IMG/VR virus record: IMGVR_UViG_3300033068_001655
Direction: 5' to 3' (one strand)
Length of the DNA: 64,000 nucleotides
From: a virus
Lineage: Duplodnaviria; Heunggongvirae; Uroviricota; Caudoviricetes
The notes beneath the pieces were generated by a model. That model did not search any database. It saw only the letters and a list, made by a program, of their open reading frames with translations, and was not told where the DNA came from. A program made the translations under genes and the position numbers. The stretch's first letter is position 1. Every line of letters begins with the position of its first letter. Shown in pieces: positions 15,931 through 26,548 of this stretch.

Positions 15931-17762
15931 TATTTTAATAAATTTTCTAATTCTTCAACTGTTAAAATAGTTACACCTAATCCAATTGCTTTTGTTTCTT
16001 TAGATGAACCAGAACCTTTAGCTTTCATTACTAAGTAAGTAGTGTTTTTAGATACAGAACCAGCAACTTTACCACCACGTGATTCAATTACTTCTTCTAA
16101 GTCCGCTCTACGAACACCAGTAAATACAAATGATTTACCTTCTAAGTCAGAACCAACTTTTACTGCTTCTACTTTCTCAGCAATTGTTATTGGAAGACCT
16201 TTTACAAATGTAAAGAAATTATCATAGTTATCAACAAAAACTTTTGCAGAAATTTCAGCAAATCCTTCAATCTCCATAACTTGGTCAACTGTAGGTTTAG
16301 TTGTAAAGTGTTCTAACAAAGCTAACTTCTTACTACCTAATCCTCTGAACAAACCTGTAGCGTGTTGAAGTTTAGATAATTGTACATCTTTAGTAGACTT
16401 TTGAATTGAGTTGTAAACAATTTGAGCTTTACGTTTACCAAATCTATCAATTTTTTCTAATTGAGATTGAGTAACATTTAAAATATCTTCTATTGTTTTA
16501 TAACCAGCATCCCATAATTGAGTAATAATACCTTCTGACACATTGTCAGCTTCTAAGATTTCAAAGAAAGCAATGTTTTGCTTTAACTTTTGATCGTCAG
16601 TTTCGGTTAAAGTAACTAACTCAATACCATTCTCATTCCAACCAATTTCAGTACCTTCAACAGTTGGCATAACAAAGTCAACAGTTTCTAATACTTCAAC
16701 AATCAATGGAATAACCATACCACTTCTTTTAACAACAACTTTCGCACCAATTCCTAAACCCATATCTTTTACGAATTTAGCATTGTTACCAGTTACGTTA
16801 GAAACAGTTACACCGTCTAATTTAATAGGAGTTATATGTAAAACAGGTTTTAAAAGCCCGTGTTTAGAGATGTTCCAAGAAATACCTAAGACTTCAGCTT
16901 CAGCTCTTTGTTCAAAGGAGTCGTGTTTAAATGCTCTTGCATAACAAGGATTGTTAGAAGAGGTTTCACGTCCTAAACTTTTTTGTAAACCTAAATCATT
17001 TACCTCAATGATAAGTCCATCAATTTCATAATCAACTGACCATTCTTTGAATAAAGATATAAGTAATTCTTCACTAATACTTTCTATATTAGTTAAGTGA
17101 TATTTAACTTTGATTTCCTGACCTTTATTTAATTCATCTAAGATTTGACTTTTAAATTCAAATGATGCTCCTTTTGTAGGAATTGCACCATATTTAATAA
17201 ACTCACAATCTTTTAATGACTCTCTTGCATCTGGTGAATTTAATAAACCAGCCACTAAGTTACGTGGATTTGCAAAGTCAGAATATTTTTCTGTGAAATT
17301 TTTCTTTGACATCATTACTTCACCATAGGTAAAGTCAAATATGTTAGTTTTAGATGTAAAGTGATTTTTTATTAGTTTGTAGTGTTCGTCAGATTTTTGA
17401 CCATACTCACCATCGCCTCTTGTAAAGGCTTCTTTGGTTGACTCATTAACACATAATGATAAACCATCAAATTTAGGTGTAATAACAAGTTCGGCACATT
17501 TAACAATGTTTTTCAATCTAAACCAGTCAAGAATGTCTTGCATAGTTTTGATTTTATTCATTGATGCCATATCAATTGGAAGTTTAGCTTTTCTAGTTTC
17601 ATCGATAACTTCTAATCCTACTTTAGAGAAAAACTCATTCTCTGGATCATATGAGTAAAGTAAATCAACCATTTCATCATACTCTTTGTCTGACATGATT
17701 GCATTACCAGTTCTATAAGCGATATTTGCTTCTTCTAATTTAGTTACTATTTTATCTATCAT
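15930..17762 (-). CDS. ligA: NAD-dependent DNA ligase (LigA)
   Basis: N-terminal Ia domain YRTGNAIMSDKEYD, adenylation motif VITPKFDGLSL (KxDG), OB/Zn/HhH regions. C-terminal BRCT-like FVFTGVRRADLEEVIESRGGKVAGSVSKNTTYLVMK. Confidence 0.92.
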   Translation of the reverse strand: MIDKIVTKLEEANIAYRTGNAIMSDKEYDEMVDLLYSYDPENEFFSKVGLEVIDETRKAKLPIDMASMNKIKTMQDILDWFRLKNIVKCAELVITPKFDGLSLCVNESTKEAFTRGDGEYGQKSDEHYKLIKNHFTSKTNIFDFTYGEVMMSKKNFTEKYSDFANPRNLVAGLLNSPDARESLKDCEFIKYGAIPTKGASFEFKSQILDELNKGQEIKVKYHLTNIESISEELLISLFKEWSVDYEIDGLIIEVNDLGLQKSLGRETSSNNPCYARAFKHDSFEQRAEAEVLGISWNISKHGLLKPVLHITPIKLDGVTVSNVTGNNAKFVKDMGLGIGAKVVVKRSGMVIPLIVEVLETVDFVMPTVEGTEIGWNENGIELVTLTETDDQKLKQNIAFFEILEADNVSEGIITQLWDAGYKTIEDILNVTQSQLEKIDRFGKRKAQIVYNSIQKSTKDVQLSKLQHATGLFRGLGSKKLALLEHFTTKPTVDQVMEIEGFAEISAKVFVDNYDNFFTFVKGLPITIAEKVEAVKVGSDLEGKSFVFTGVRRADLEEVIESRGGKVAGSVSKNTTYLVMKAKGSGSSKETKAIGLGVTILTVEELENLLK

Positions 17763-17791
17763 AATTATTTTATTTCTACAAATATACGAAT

Positions 17792-18028
17792 TTATATTAG
17801 TTTTTCCAAATTTTTATCACGGTTGTATGATTTTTCATCATAAACTTCAATAATATATCCTTCTATTTTGAACTCAGTTGCCCAAACATCATATCCTGTT
17901 TTATAACTAGGACGTTTTTCCAATACTTTATCAATTGCTTCTTGTTTGTTTTCAGCTACTACTTGAAAACTCGGTAGCGGACCACTATGCCAACCACCAT
18001 CATTAAATGTTACATCATATATTTTCAT
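17792..18028 (-). CDS. Hypothetical protein (start moved to internal ATG; track start 18043 is TTG)
   Basis: MKIYDVTFNDGGWHSGPLP... TTGTATATTTGTG motif directly upstream. Confidence 0.35.
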   Translation of the reverse strand: MKIYDVTFNDGGWHSGPLPSFQVVAENKQEAIDKVLEKRPSYKTGYDVWATEFKIEGYIIEVYDEKSYNRDKNLEKLI

Positions 18029-18101
18029 AACACAAATATACAAAATAAAAGTTAAAGAATAAACAAAATTTAATATATACTAAAAAATCAAAAATCATAA
18101 A

Positions 18102-21100
18102 ATGGTTCAAAGTTCATTTCCAAAAGTAGCGGATCAAATAATAACGTATAATAAAAATATAGTTGAGATTTTATCAAAAATCAATTCTTTACAAACTACT
18201 CAAAATCCATCTGTAACTTTACAAGTATATGATGAGAATGGTGTGTTAAGAAATTATACACTACCATCTTTTTCATCTTTAAAAGCAGATATTGATAGAT
18301 TGAATAATAATATCAATTCTCTTTATAGTATTGATGCAGCAGGTGCTTTAATTCAAACATCAACTCAAAATAAATACAAAAAAATCATTACTGTTGATTT
18401 GAATAGAGACCCTACTCCTGTAGGAAGTTTAGGTTCTTTGACTACTTTTAAATCTGCACCTAACTGGTTCTTTGACTCTCTTATGGACCCTATGGTTTCA
18501 GTAGAGATTGATTTATCAGGTAAGATTGAGGATAATGTTAGAAAATGTTTAGTTAGAAGATATATTGTAGAGTTTGCAAAAAATGCAGACGGTACATTTA
18601 CTACACTTGGACAATCAGCGTTAAATAGTTATAACCAATTATTTAGAGGAAATGGAAATATAGTTCTATCAGAATTTGAGAACTGGTATACAACAACTAC
18701 TGGTTTAGTAAACCCTAGTAATCCTAAATATGATGAACAAATGTTTGATTTAGAACCTAATAACTTATTATATGATGGTCAGTTTAGTGTTTTAAGAATA
18801 CAAGAAGATAGATTAAATAGAAAACTTTGGTATGTTTTAGATACACTTGATTATTTAGTAGTTGATACAAACTCAACTAAAAAATTATCTATTGGTGATG
18901 AAGTTATTATAAACTCTGATAAAACATCGACAAGATATAAAATATTAGAAGTTTCTACTGCAGAGTCTAATCCAAAAATTAGAGTTGAGAGAGTTGAAGG
19001 TATTGAACCAATTCCAGTTGGAATTGGAACTTTGAAAGTTTATTCATCGGTTATTTATACTAAAAAAGTTAGAGTAAGTGTTGGTTATAATGAGAGAAAT
19101 ATTCTTTTTATCAAACCAGTAAATGCTGATAATAATTTAGTTGCAAAAAAATGGAGTTTAGGTACAGGTTACTATACAAATGATTTGAGATTGGATTCTA
19201 CATCTAGTGCAAATGGTTTATCAATGGAACAATTTTACATCGATTATGTTTATGATTATGGGGTTGTTTTACAAGATTTAGTTGCAAAGAAAACTCCTAA
19301 TTCATTGGCCGGTACACCATTATCACCAACATTGACAACTGATAACTTTAAGGTTGTTCAAATTAATAAACACCTTACAGATACACCTGATTCTAACTTA
19401 ATTAAACAAAAACATAACTATCAATTATCTTTAAAATCTGAGATACAACAAATACAAGAAGCTATATTAGCGAGAAATAAAGCTGGTAAGTTTACTAAGT
19501 TTAAGTCAGATTCTGCCAAAAAACAAGCAGACTTAGAAATACAAGATTTAACTACTAAGAAAGATAGTAAAAGTAAACTATTGGCATCCGTAACTCAAGA
19601 AATTATTGACTTATCAAAAGATCCAAAGAATAAAGTGGCTCCTAAGTTTAGTGTAAGAGGTTTCTGGACTATACCAAGTGCAGTTGTTACTACTGGTACT
19701 AAACCACAAGAGATCGTTCAATTTAGAGTACAGTATAGATATACAAGTAAAGATGGTAAAGAAGCTCCAGTAGATACATTTACTATTACTGATTCTCAAA
19801 GTAAAGCTTCCTATTCTAACTGGAATGAGTATAAGACAGATGCTAGAAAAAGAGAATATAATAGTACAACTGGTGAGTACACTTGGGCAATAGAAGATAT
19901 TACTAATGCAGATACTCCGAATATTAATCAAATAGATATTCCAGTTCAGTCTAATGAAAGAGTTGATATTAGAATTAAATCTATTTCTGAAGTTGGTTGG
20001 CCAGAATCTCCAGTTGAATCTGATTGGTCAGAAATTATCACAATTGACTTCCCAGATGATTTAAACACTATCGCAAATGAAAATGATTTCATTTTGGCTG
20101 CCGCAACTAAAGAAGATTTAAAAGTAAGTGTTAATTCAGAATTATCCGCAAAAGGATTAGATAGTCACTTAGCAGATACGGTAACTGTAAATAATGTTAC
20201 ATTTCATCATGAGGCTAAAAAGATTTTATCCGGTTTCCAAGATGAGAATGGTGTATCATTAGATTTGTATGCTTACATTCAAAAGTTGACTGATAGAATT
20301 ACTTCACTAGAAGAAAAAATCACAAGAGCTAAAGGTGAACTTCAAATTATTATTCTTAGAAATAATCAAGAGTTTATTGTTAATAATGGTTCAGAGACAA
20401 CATTCAACGTTGAATGTGAAGATTATTTAACCACATTTACTGGACAAGGTGCTCCAACAGGAAGAGTTTATGAGAATAACATTTATGTTATTAAAGACTT
20501 TGTTATAAAAGTTAAAAATAATGCAAAAGAGTCATCATTAGGTTTATTATCAAATAGAACTTACTTGGGTAATTCTGATACTGTTTATAACCCAATAACA
20601 CCACAAGTATTCTGGGTTAATAATCAGGATGAGTTGAAAACAATTGATGTGATTAGTGGTCAAACAAGAACTCAAATGGATAATCAATTTATTTGGTCAG
20701 TAAACTATGACTCGATTACTCAAACTACAGTTGCAAAACTATCTGAAAACATTGGTAATAACTTTACTAATTCAGGAGTAAACTCAAACTCTATTACAAA
20801 TGTACTTTCAACAAACGATTATAATGTTGGATATAACGAAAATACATTGTTATCATTTATTGGTAAAAATAATTCATTGTTAGATCCTTCAAAATGGATT
20901 GATACTGCAGTTTCTGTTTCTTCAACAACTAAATTCTTAACTACTATACATCCAGTTGTAAAAGACTTGGAAAATATTCAAGAGTTAAATAGTGATAAAG
21001 TTAAAACAATTGCACCAGGTGATAAAAATTCAGTTATAATACCATTAAATATTTATTTCAAATTAAACTCACTTGATACAAGCTTAACAGGTTTAAACTA

Positions 21101-21308
21101 TCAATATGTTGATTTTAATAATGCAACGAAAACTGTTAAACACGTTAAGAAGTTAAAGTTCTTCTTAGAGAATGAATCTGAAAACAGACCATTTGTATTT
21201 ACTCTTAAATTTAACTTAAATAGAAATAAAGTTATTGTTAGAAAGTTTAATTCAACTGGTGGCGGACCTGCTTATATTGATGATTGGTCAACATCAAGTA
21301 AAAAATAA
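18102..21308 (+). CDS. Large Asn/Thr-rich putative virion structural protein (1068 aa)
   Basis: Long ORF with TAATATATACT motif 22 nt upstream. No recognisable enzyme motifs. First gene of a plus-strand block of large proteins. Confidence 0.5.
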   Translation: MVQSSFPKVADQIITYNKNIVEILSKINSLQTTQNPSVTLQVYDENGVLRNYTLPSFSSLKADIDRLNNNINSLYSIDAAGALIQTSTQNKYKKIITVDLNRDPTPVGSLGSLTTFKSAPNWFFDSLMDPMVSVEIDLSGKIEDNVRKCLVRRYIVEFAKNADGTFTTLGQSALNSYNQLFRGNGNIVLSEFENWYTTTTGLVNPSNPKYDEQMFDLEPNNLLYDGQFSVLRIQEDRLNRKLWYVLDTLDYLVVDTNSTKKLSIGDEVIINSDKTSTRYKILEVSTAESNPKIRVERVEGIEPIPVGIGTLKVYSSVIYTKKVRVSVGYNERNILFIKPVNADNNLVAKKWSLGTGYYTNDLRLDSTSSANGLSMEQFYIDYVYDYGVVLQDLVAKKTPNSLAGTPLSPTLTTDNFKVVQINKHLTDTPDSNLIKQKHNYQLSLKSEIQQIQEAILARNKAGKFTKFKSDSAKKQADLEIQDLTTKKDSKSKLLASVTQEIIDLSKDPKNKVAPKFSVRGFWTIPSAVVTTGTKPQEIVQFRVQYRYTSKDGKEAPVDTFTITDSQSKASYSNWNEYKTDARKREYNSTTGEYTWAIEDITNADTPNINQIDIPVQSNERVDIRIKSISEVGWPESPVESDWSEIITIDFPDDLNTIANENDFILAAATKEDLKVSVNSELSAKGLDSHLADTVTVNNVTFHHEAKKILSGFQDENGVSLDLYAYIQKLTDRITSLEEKITRAKGELQIIILRNNQEFIVNNGSETTFNVECEDYLTTFTGQGAPTGRVYENNIYVIKDFVIKVKNNAKESSLGLLSNRTYLGNSDTVYNPITPQVFWVNNQDELKTIDVISGQTRTQMDNQFIWSVNYDSITQTTVAKLSENIGNNFTNSGVNSNSITNVLSTNDYNVGYNENTLLSFIGKNNSLLDPSKWIDTAVSVSSTTKFLTTIHPVVKDLENIQELNSDKVKTIAPGDKNSVIIPLNIYFKLNSLDTSLTGLNYQYVDFNNATKTVKHVKKLKFFLENESENRPFVFTLKFNLNRNKVIVRKFNSTGGGPAYIDDWSTSSKK

Positions 21309-21318
21309 TATTTAAAAA

Positions 21319-24300
21319 TTGAGAAGCTTTGGTTTATTAAGAACAAATGTTGGATTGACAACAAATATAAAAGTTATGGTTGATACTAATTATAAACTTA
21401 GTTTAGATAGTATTGATTCTGATGTTAATTTATCATTTGATAAATTTAAAAAAGTTTCCTTTACAAAAGATAATTACTATGATGAGTTGATTCCTTATTT
21501 CTATAAGGATTTACCAGCAGATACTGCATTCTCTATTAAATATGAGAATGATTCTGAAAGTATGTCTGATGACTTTAAAAATCAATACGATGAGTTATAT
21601 AACTATGGTGCTCGTAATATTGTTGATAATAAAAACTATTCTGAGGAATATGAGTACTTTGCACCTTTATACATTACTAAGAATGGGTTACCTAAGAAAT
21701 TTATAATTTTTAGAGTTGATGGTTCTGGTATTGGTAATCTAAGAAAAGATAACTTTAAAAGTGAGATACTTAAAAAGTTAAAAACAGTTAAGTTATTTGA
21801 CTTAACTAAGGAATCTGCATTAGGAGAATGGATTGGTAAAAACTTTACCGATAATAAATACTTTCCAGACTCACCATTGGATATTGATTTTAGAAACTTA
21901 GAGTTTTGTAGATGGAATGGTATTGATTATCAGAATGGTGGTTATACGTATAAATCATTATTCATAGATGATATATTAGACGAAGAGAAAGAAATATATG
22001 AACTTGAAAAGTTTGTATTTGACTCATATAAGAATAATAAAGTTGTTTTCCCAAACATACTAAACCTTTCATTCTTATTTGATGATACACCTTCTACACC
22101 AGAGATTAAAAGAAAATGGTCGATAAACAGGTATTATGGGTTCTATTTAGAAGATTTAGAATTTGTTACATCAATATCACCATATCTTCCGGTTGGATTA
22201 CAGTCTGATATACAAGTACTACCAGGAAATATCTTATATTCCGCAACTAGTTCTAATCCATTTCTTCAAGATTGGAGCGATAAAAAACCATTTTATGTTG
22301 AATATAATGGTACTTATTATAAAGTAGAACAGTTTACAGAAACAGTAACTAATCAATTGATTAAGATGAATAATCCATTAAGTACTGTTGAAAGTAGAAC
22401 TAAAAAAGATTTGGGATTTAGAACCTCTAAAGGTTCTTCTAGTAATGATGTAATTAAGAAGTCTGTAACTACAAATGCTAAGTCTGCAGTAGAAGAATTT
22501 GGAGATATTATTATTACTAAATATAGAATTATATCAGACTTGGATCTAAGTGGTTTAACAGCATCTAGTTTAAATCAAAATTTTGGTCAAATTGATTCTA
22601 CAAATAGATTGATTCGAGACAATAATGCTAATTTTGAAATTAGTAGTTTTGATGATCAGGATGGTAATATTGGTGCTTGGCTAATAGAGATCGATGGTGT
22701 TTATCATAATTTAATTAAAGATGGTACTGTATTAAAACTTAGTACTGATTATTCATTTACATTTAATCAAAATGACTTTTCTTATAAAGTTGCAGGAAAA
22801 TCAACAAAGGTTAGTACAGTTGTTGATTTTAATAACGTACCTAAAAAGTTTCCTATTTATAGAGTAAAGTTTACTGATATTAAAGATTTTGATACCAGAA
22901 TTGTTGATACTGAGTTTTCAAAATACGAGTATGAAGAATATGATAAGATAACTAAAACTGATGAGACAAAGATGTATTTAGAAAATATTCTAAGTAATTC
23001 TAGTCCTATAGATTTAGATGACTTTATTTATAAAGATGAGGTTGTCAATATCCCAGTTTCATCAGAATATACTGCAAATTATGAAACTTTTAAAATAGAT
23101 ACAGATTTATCAGAGATATGGAGAAAGAATTCTGTTTATTGTAGATGGGGATTTCAAAAATCTTTATCTGCAAATGATATGCCATATCTATTAAATAACT
23201 CTTTAATATTTGAAGATTTTAATAGAACTGCTAATATTATGGATCCGTTCCCTAAAAGAATGGAGAGAAATTTAGATTATTTCTATACTATAAACTCTGC
23301 AAGTGCTTCTTATTTACATCACACCTTACACGTAGAAAATGTAGATAATGGTAACATTGATAGTACTTTTAGATTTAATTTAGAGAAGTATTTAAACTTT
23401 GGAACTTTCTCACATGATTATTTCTCATATTTATTTGGTAAGAAATCAAGTTTTTTAAATGATAAGATTCAAAAAAATACTACAAAGTATTCTTACTTTA
23501 ATGTAGGAGATGAGTCGGTTCCGAATCATACCTTATTTAGAGGATTAAGATTTGATCTTTATGAGGTAAATGGAATTAGTTTAAATTCTAATAATCAAAT
23601 AGATAAAATAAATATTAAGTCTTCTAATAAGTTTGATGATTATAAATTTTCTATTTTACTATCCGATAATGATTATCAACCAATATTTGCAACTAATTCT
23701 AATCAAATCATTGGAATAACTCAGTCTATAAATGATCTTCAATGGAAGGTATTAAAAGAGTGGAGAATGGACACACAATATAGTATTGATGATATTGTTA
23801 TTTTTCATGATATGTTATTTGTTTTAAGTGGTTCACAATCTAAAAATAGTCCAGTTGCTAAAATTGGAAATACTTCAGTTTCATCAAATCCTATTACGCA
23901 AGGTTTTCAATTCTATGAAGAGCAATTGGCAAGAACTATATTTTGGAGTCCTAACTATAATAAACAATATGTTTATAATTCAGGTGAGTACTACTTTCAG
24001 AAGAATGGTGATGTAGACTTCTGGAATCCAAGTATTTCTTATGATTTGGGTAGTATAGTTTTATTTAAGAATAGTTATTATAAATCAATTATAAGTGATA
24101 ATAGATATAACCCTTTAGAGTCTAATGGTTGGGAGAAAACAGAATTGACAGAACAAACTTCTAAATGGGGTTTAATAGAAGTTTGGAATCCAAAAAAAAT
24201 ATATGTCTCAGATACTTATGTTATATTTAATGATGAGTTATATTATATTCAACCGAGTTTAACACCGGTATTAAATGAAGCAAAGAAAAAGGTTAACGAT

Positions 24301-25413
24301 GTGTTTTCTACATCACCTTTAGAAACCAACTATTGGGTAAAAAAACCATCATTGTATGCTGATACAACATCAAAATTTAATCTAAATAATGTAGTTGAAA
24401 TGAACGATTCATATTATTTATGTACTGCAAAGAGTCCTGATTCTACATTAGATAATAATATTATTATTTATATCAACAAAAAATGGAAAAACGTTTTAGT
24501 CAATATAAATATTGCAGATAATACCTATATAAATATATCAGAGACAAATAGAGATAATTTATATGATATTCTTTATAAAAAATTGACTGCACTTAATTTT
24601 ACAAATGTAGTAAATGATATTACTAATAAATATGGATTCTCTGACTATATCTCATATATAATTACTGAAGAGGATGGAACGACTAAGAAGTATGGATATC
24701 AATTCTATGATTCGATTCATAATAGAAAAATAGAGAATATTAAGGATCTACCTTATTTACTTAGATGTGAAGAAGCTGATAAATTAGATGTTAAGGTTGA
24801 TTCCTTGATAAAAAGAGCGGTTCAACTACCAAATACATTAAACCCATTCAGAAAATTGAATAATGGTAAAATAGTTGACTTAACACAATTAAACTATTAT
24901 AACAACATTCCAGTTGCTGCAAATATTATTGAGAGTCAATTTGAACCAAAGGTATTTGAAAATTATCATGGTAATAAAAATATAGTTACTAATGACATTT
25001 ATAGATATAGTGGTTACTATTCACCTATCTTCTATGATATTCAGTTATTTGAAAGAAATGAATTTGATTTAGGTAATTATAAGTTTGATCTTAGTTTAAC
25101 TGATTTTGGTTTAATGAAAGAAAGAAAAGTTAGAAAAATAAATAGAAAAGGTAGTCAGTTGAGATTAGTAAATGTAAATGATGAAAAGTCAATATATCCG
25201 ATGTTGGATGAGTTTGGTTATTCAGTTTATGATTTCTTTATATTCTCATCAACTTGGGATTTAAAGTATTATTTAGAAACAAGTCAATTAAGTAAAACAT
25301 CTAATTATTTAGAGAGATATACTATTGATGAAAATGTAGTTAATAATTTACAGGATGTTACTATACCTACTTTAATACCTACTGATATAGGACAAATACA
25401 AAATAATAATTAA
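21319..25413 (+). CDS. Large putative virion structural protein (1364 aa; apparent TTG start)
   Basis: Long ORF starting ~10 nt after the previous stop, in a different frame. Confidence 0.5.
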   Translation: MRSFGLLRTNVGLTTNIKVMVDTNYKLSLDSIDSDVNLSFDKFKKVSFTKDNYYDELIPYFYKDLPADTAFSIKYENDSESMSDDFKNQYDELYNYGARNIVDNKNYSEEYEYFAPLYITKNGLPKKFIIFRVDGSGIGNLRKDNFKSEILKKLKTVKLFDLTKESALGEWIGKNFTDNKYFPDSPLDIDFRNLEFCRWNGIDYQNGGYTYKSLFIDDILDEEKEIYELEKFVFDSYKNNKVVFPNILNLSFLFDDTPSTPEIKRKWSINRYYGFYLEDLEFVTSISPYLPVGLQSDIQVLPGNILYSATSSNPFLQDWSDKKPFYVEYNGTYYKVEQFTETVTNQLIKMNNPLSTVESRTKKDLGFRTSKGSSSNDVIKKSVTTNAKSAVEEFGDIIITKYRIISDLDLSGLTASSLNQNFGQIDSTNRLIRDNNANFEISSFDDQDGNIGAWLIEIDGVYHNLIKDGTVLKLSTDYSFTFNQNDFSYKVAGKSTKVSTVVDFNNVPKKFPIYRVKFTDIKDFDTRIVDTEFSKYEYEEYDKITKTDETKMYLENILSNSSPIDLDDFIYKDEVVNIPVSSEYTANYETFKIDTDLSEIWRKNSVYCRWGFQKSLSANDMPYLLNNSLIFEDFNRTANIMDPFPKRMERNLDYFYTINSASASYLHHTLHVENVDNGNIDSTFRFNLEKYLNFGTFSHDYFSYLFGKKSSFLNDKIQKNTTKYSYFNVGDESVPNHTLFRGLRFDLYEVNGISLNSNNQIDKINIKSSNKFDDYKFSILLSDNDYQPIFATNSNQIIGITQSINDLQWKVLKEWRMDTQYSIDDIVIFHDMLFVLSGSQSKNSPVAKIGNTSVSSNPITQGFQFYEEQLARTIFWSPNYNKQYVYNSGEYYFQKNGDVDFWNPSISYDLGSIVLFKNSYYKSIISDNRYNPLESNGWEKTELTEQTSKWGLIEVWNPKKIYVSDTYVIFNDELYYIQPSLTPVLNEAKKKVNDVFSTSPLETNYWVKKPSLYADTTSKFNLNNVVEMNDSYYLCTAKSPDSTLDNNIIIYINKKWKNVLVNINIADNTYINISETNRDNLYDILYKKLTALNFTNVVNDITNKYGFSDYISYIITEEDGTTKKYGYQFYDSIHNRKIENIKDLPYLLRCEEADKLDVKVDSLIKRAVQLPNTLNPFRKLNNGKIVDLTQLNYYNNIPVAANIIESQFEPKVFENYHGNKNIVTNDIYRYSGYYSPIFYDIQLFERNEFDLGNYKFDLSLTDFGLMKERKVRKINRKGSQLRLVNVNDEKSIYPMLDEFGYSVYDFFIFSSTWDLKYYLETSQLSKTSNYLERYTIDENVVNNLQDVTIPTLIPTDIGQIQNNN

Positions 25414-25415
25414 AC

Positions 25416-26105
25416 ATGAGAAGAACTTATATATCACCAGAGTATCAGAATAGAGCTGTATATGGTACATTAAATATGGTTGAGGAAAGTACATTTTTTG
25501 GTGCAAAGATGTTGGAGGTCGAAGATACTATTTCTATTGATAATCAAGATATTATTTATTATCAAAAGTTGAATGGTGAACAATTAGACTTTTCGGTTGA
25601 GTCTTCACTATCTTCCACTGTTTACTCATCTTCTACTAATAAATTGGATAATCATACACTAATTATTGATACAACTCAACCAAAATATCAATTAGATAAT
25701 AATACTAGATGGATACTAACAATTGATTTAAAAACAATACTTACTGAGTATCTTTATGCGACTCTTAAAAAATATAGAACTTTCGAGGGTGTTAAAAACG
25801 AGATGACCATGTTTAATGATATTAATGTTGGTATTAGAAACTATATACAGTTTAATGTTTTAAACCGATATAAGCTTAAAAATGTAGAAATTTATGTGAG
25901 ATACCAAGATTTAAGAGATCAAAGTTTACTGAGATATAAGAATAAATGGGATAATACTATTATAAACCCAACCTACAATTTGACTAAATTTCAAACTGAA
26001 ACAGAGTTTGATGATTCATCTATTAAAATTACCTTCAATCAAGAAAAGCCGAGTAATACATATAGTATGGATTATTACTTCAATATTTTATTTGAAAAAA
26101 TCTAA
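25416..26105 (+). CDS. Hypothetical structural-module protein (229 aa)
   Basis: ATG 2 nt after the previous stop. Confidence 0.45.
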   Translation: MRRTYISPEYQNRAVYGTLNMVEESTFFGAKMLEVEDTISIDNQDIIYYQKLNGEQLDFSVESSLSSTVYSSSTNKLDNHTLIIDTTQPKYQLDNNTRWILTIDLKTILTEYLYATLKKYRTFEGVKNEMTMFNDINVGIRNYIQFNVLNRYKLKNVEIYVRYQDLRDQSLLRYKNKWDNTIINPTYNLTKFQTETEFDDSSIKITFNQEKPSNTYSMDYYFNILFEKI

Positions 26106-26135
26106 ACTTATTATTTACTTATTCATAAAAATGAT

Positions 26136-26498
26136 ATGAATAATGAAGAATTGAACGAACACTTGGCTAACTTTTTAAAGATGTTTAAAAACAGACCTTA
26201 TCATCTGGCTAAATATTTAATTGATAATTCTGCACTGAATAAATCATTCATTAATAAAATTATAAAAAGTGGTAAACTAGAAGAACAAAAACCGGAAGTT
26301 TACCTAACTGATATTTCTGAAATGGAAGATTATTATAGTTCTATTTTAGACCCTATTAAAATGGGTAATAAAACTGTAGAAGAAATCACCAAGGAGATCA
26401 ATGATAAGATGGATGAACTTATCAAAAACGAGAAATTTGAAGAAGCTGCGAAACTTAGAGATTATATGAATAAAAAATCTATAAAAAGAATCAAATAA
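26136..26498 (+). CDS. UVR-domain protein
   Basis: C-terminal KNEKFEEAAKLRDYMNKK matches the UvrB/UvrC UVR motif. Confidence 0.45.
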   Translation: MNNEELNEHLANFLKMFKNRPYHLAKYLIDNSALNKSFINKIIKSGKLEEQKPEVYLTDISEMEDYYSSILDPIKMGNKTVEEITKEINDKMDELIKNEKFEEAAKLRDYMNKKSIKRIK

Positions 26499-26548
26499 AA
26501 ACAACTTTTTTAAAAATCGAACTAAAACATAAACACTAAAATAATTAT

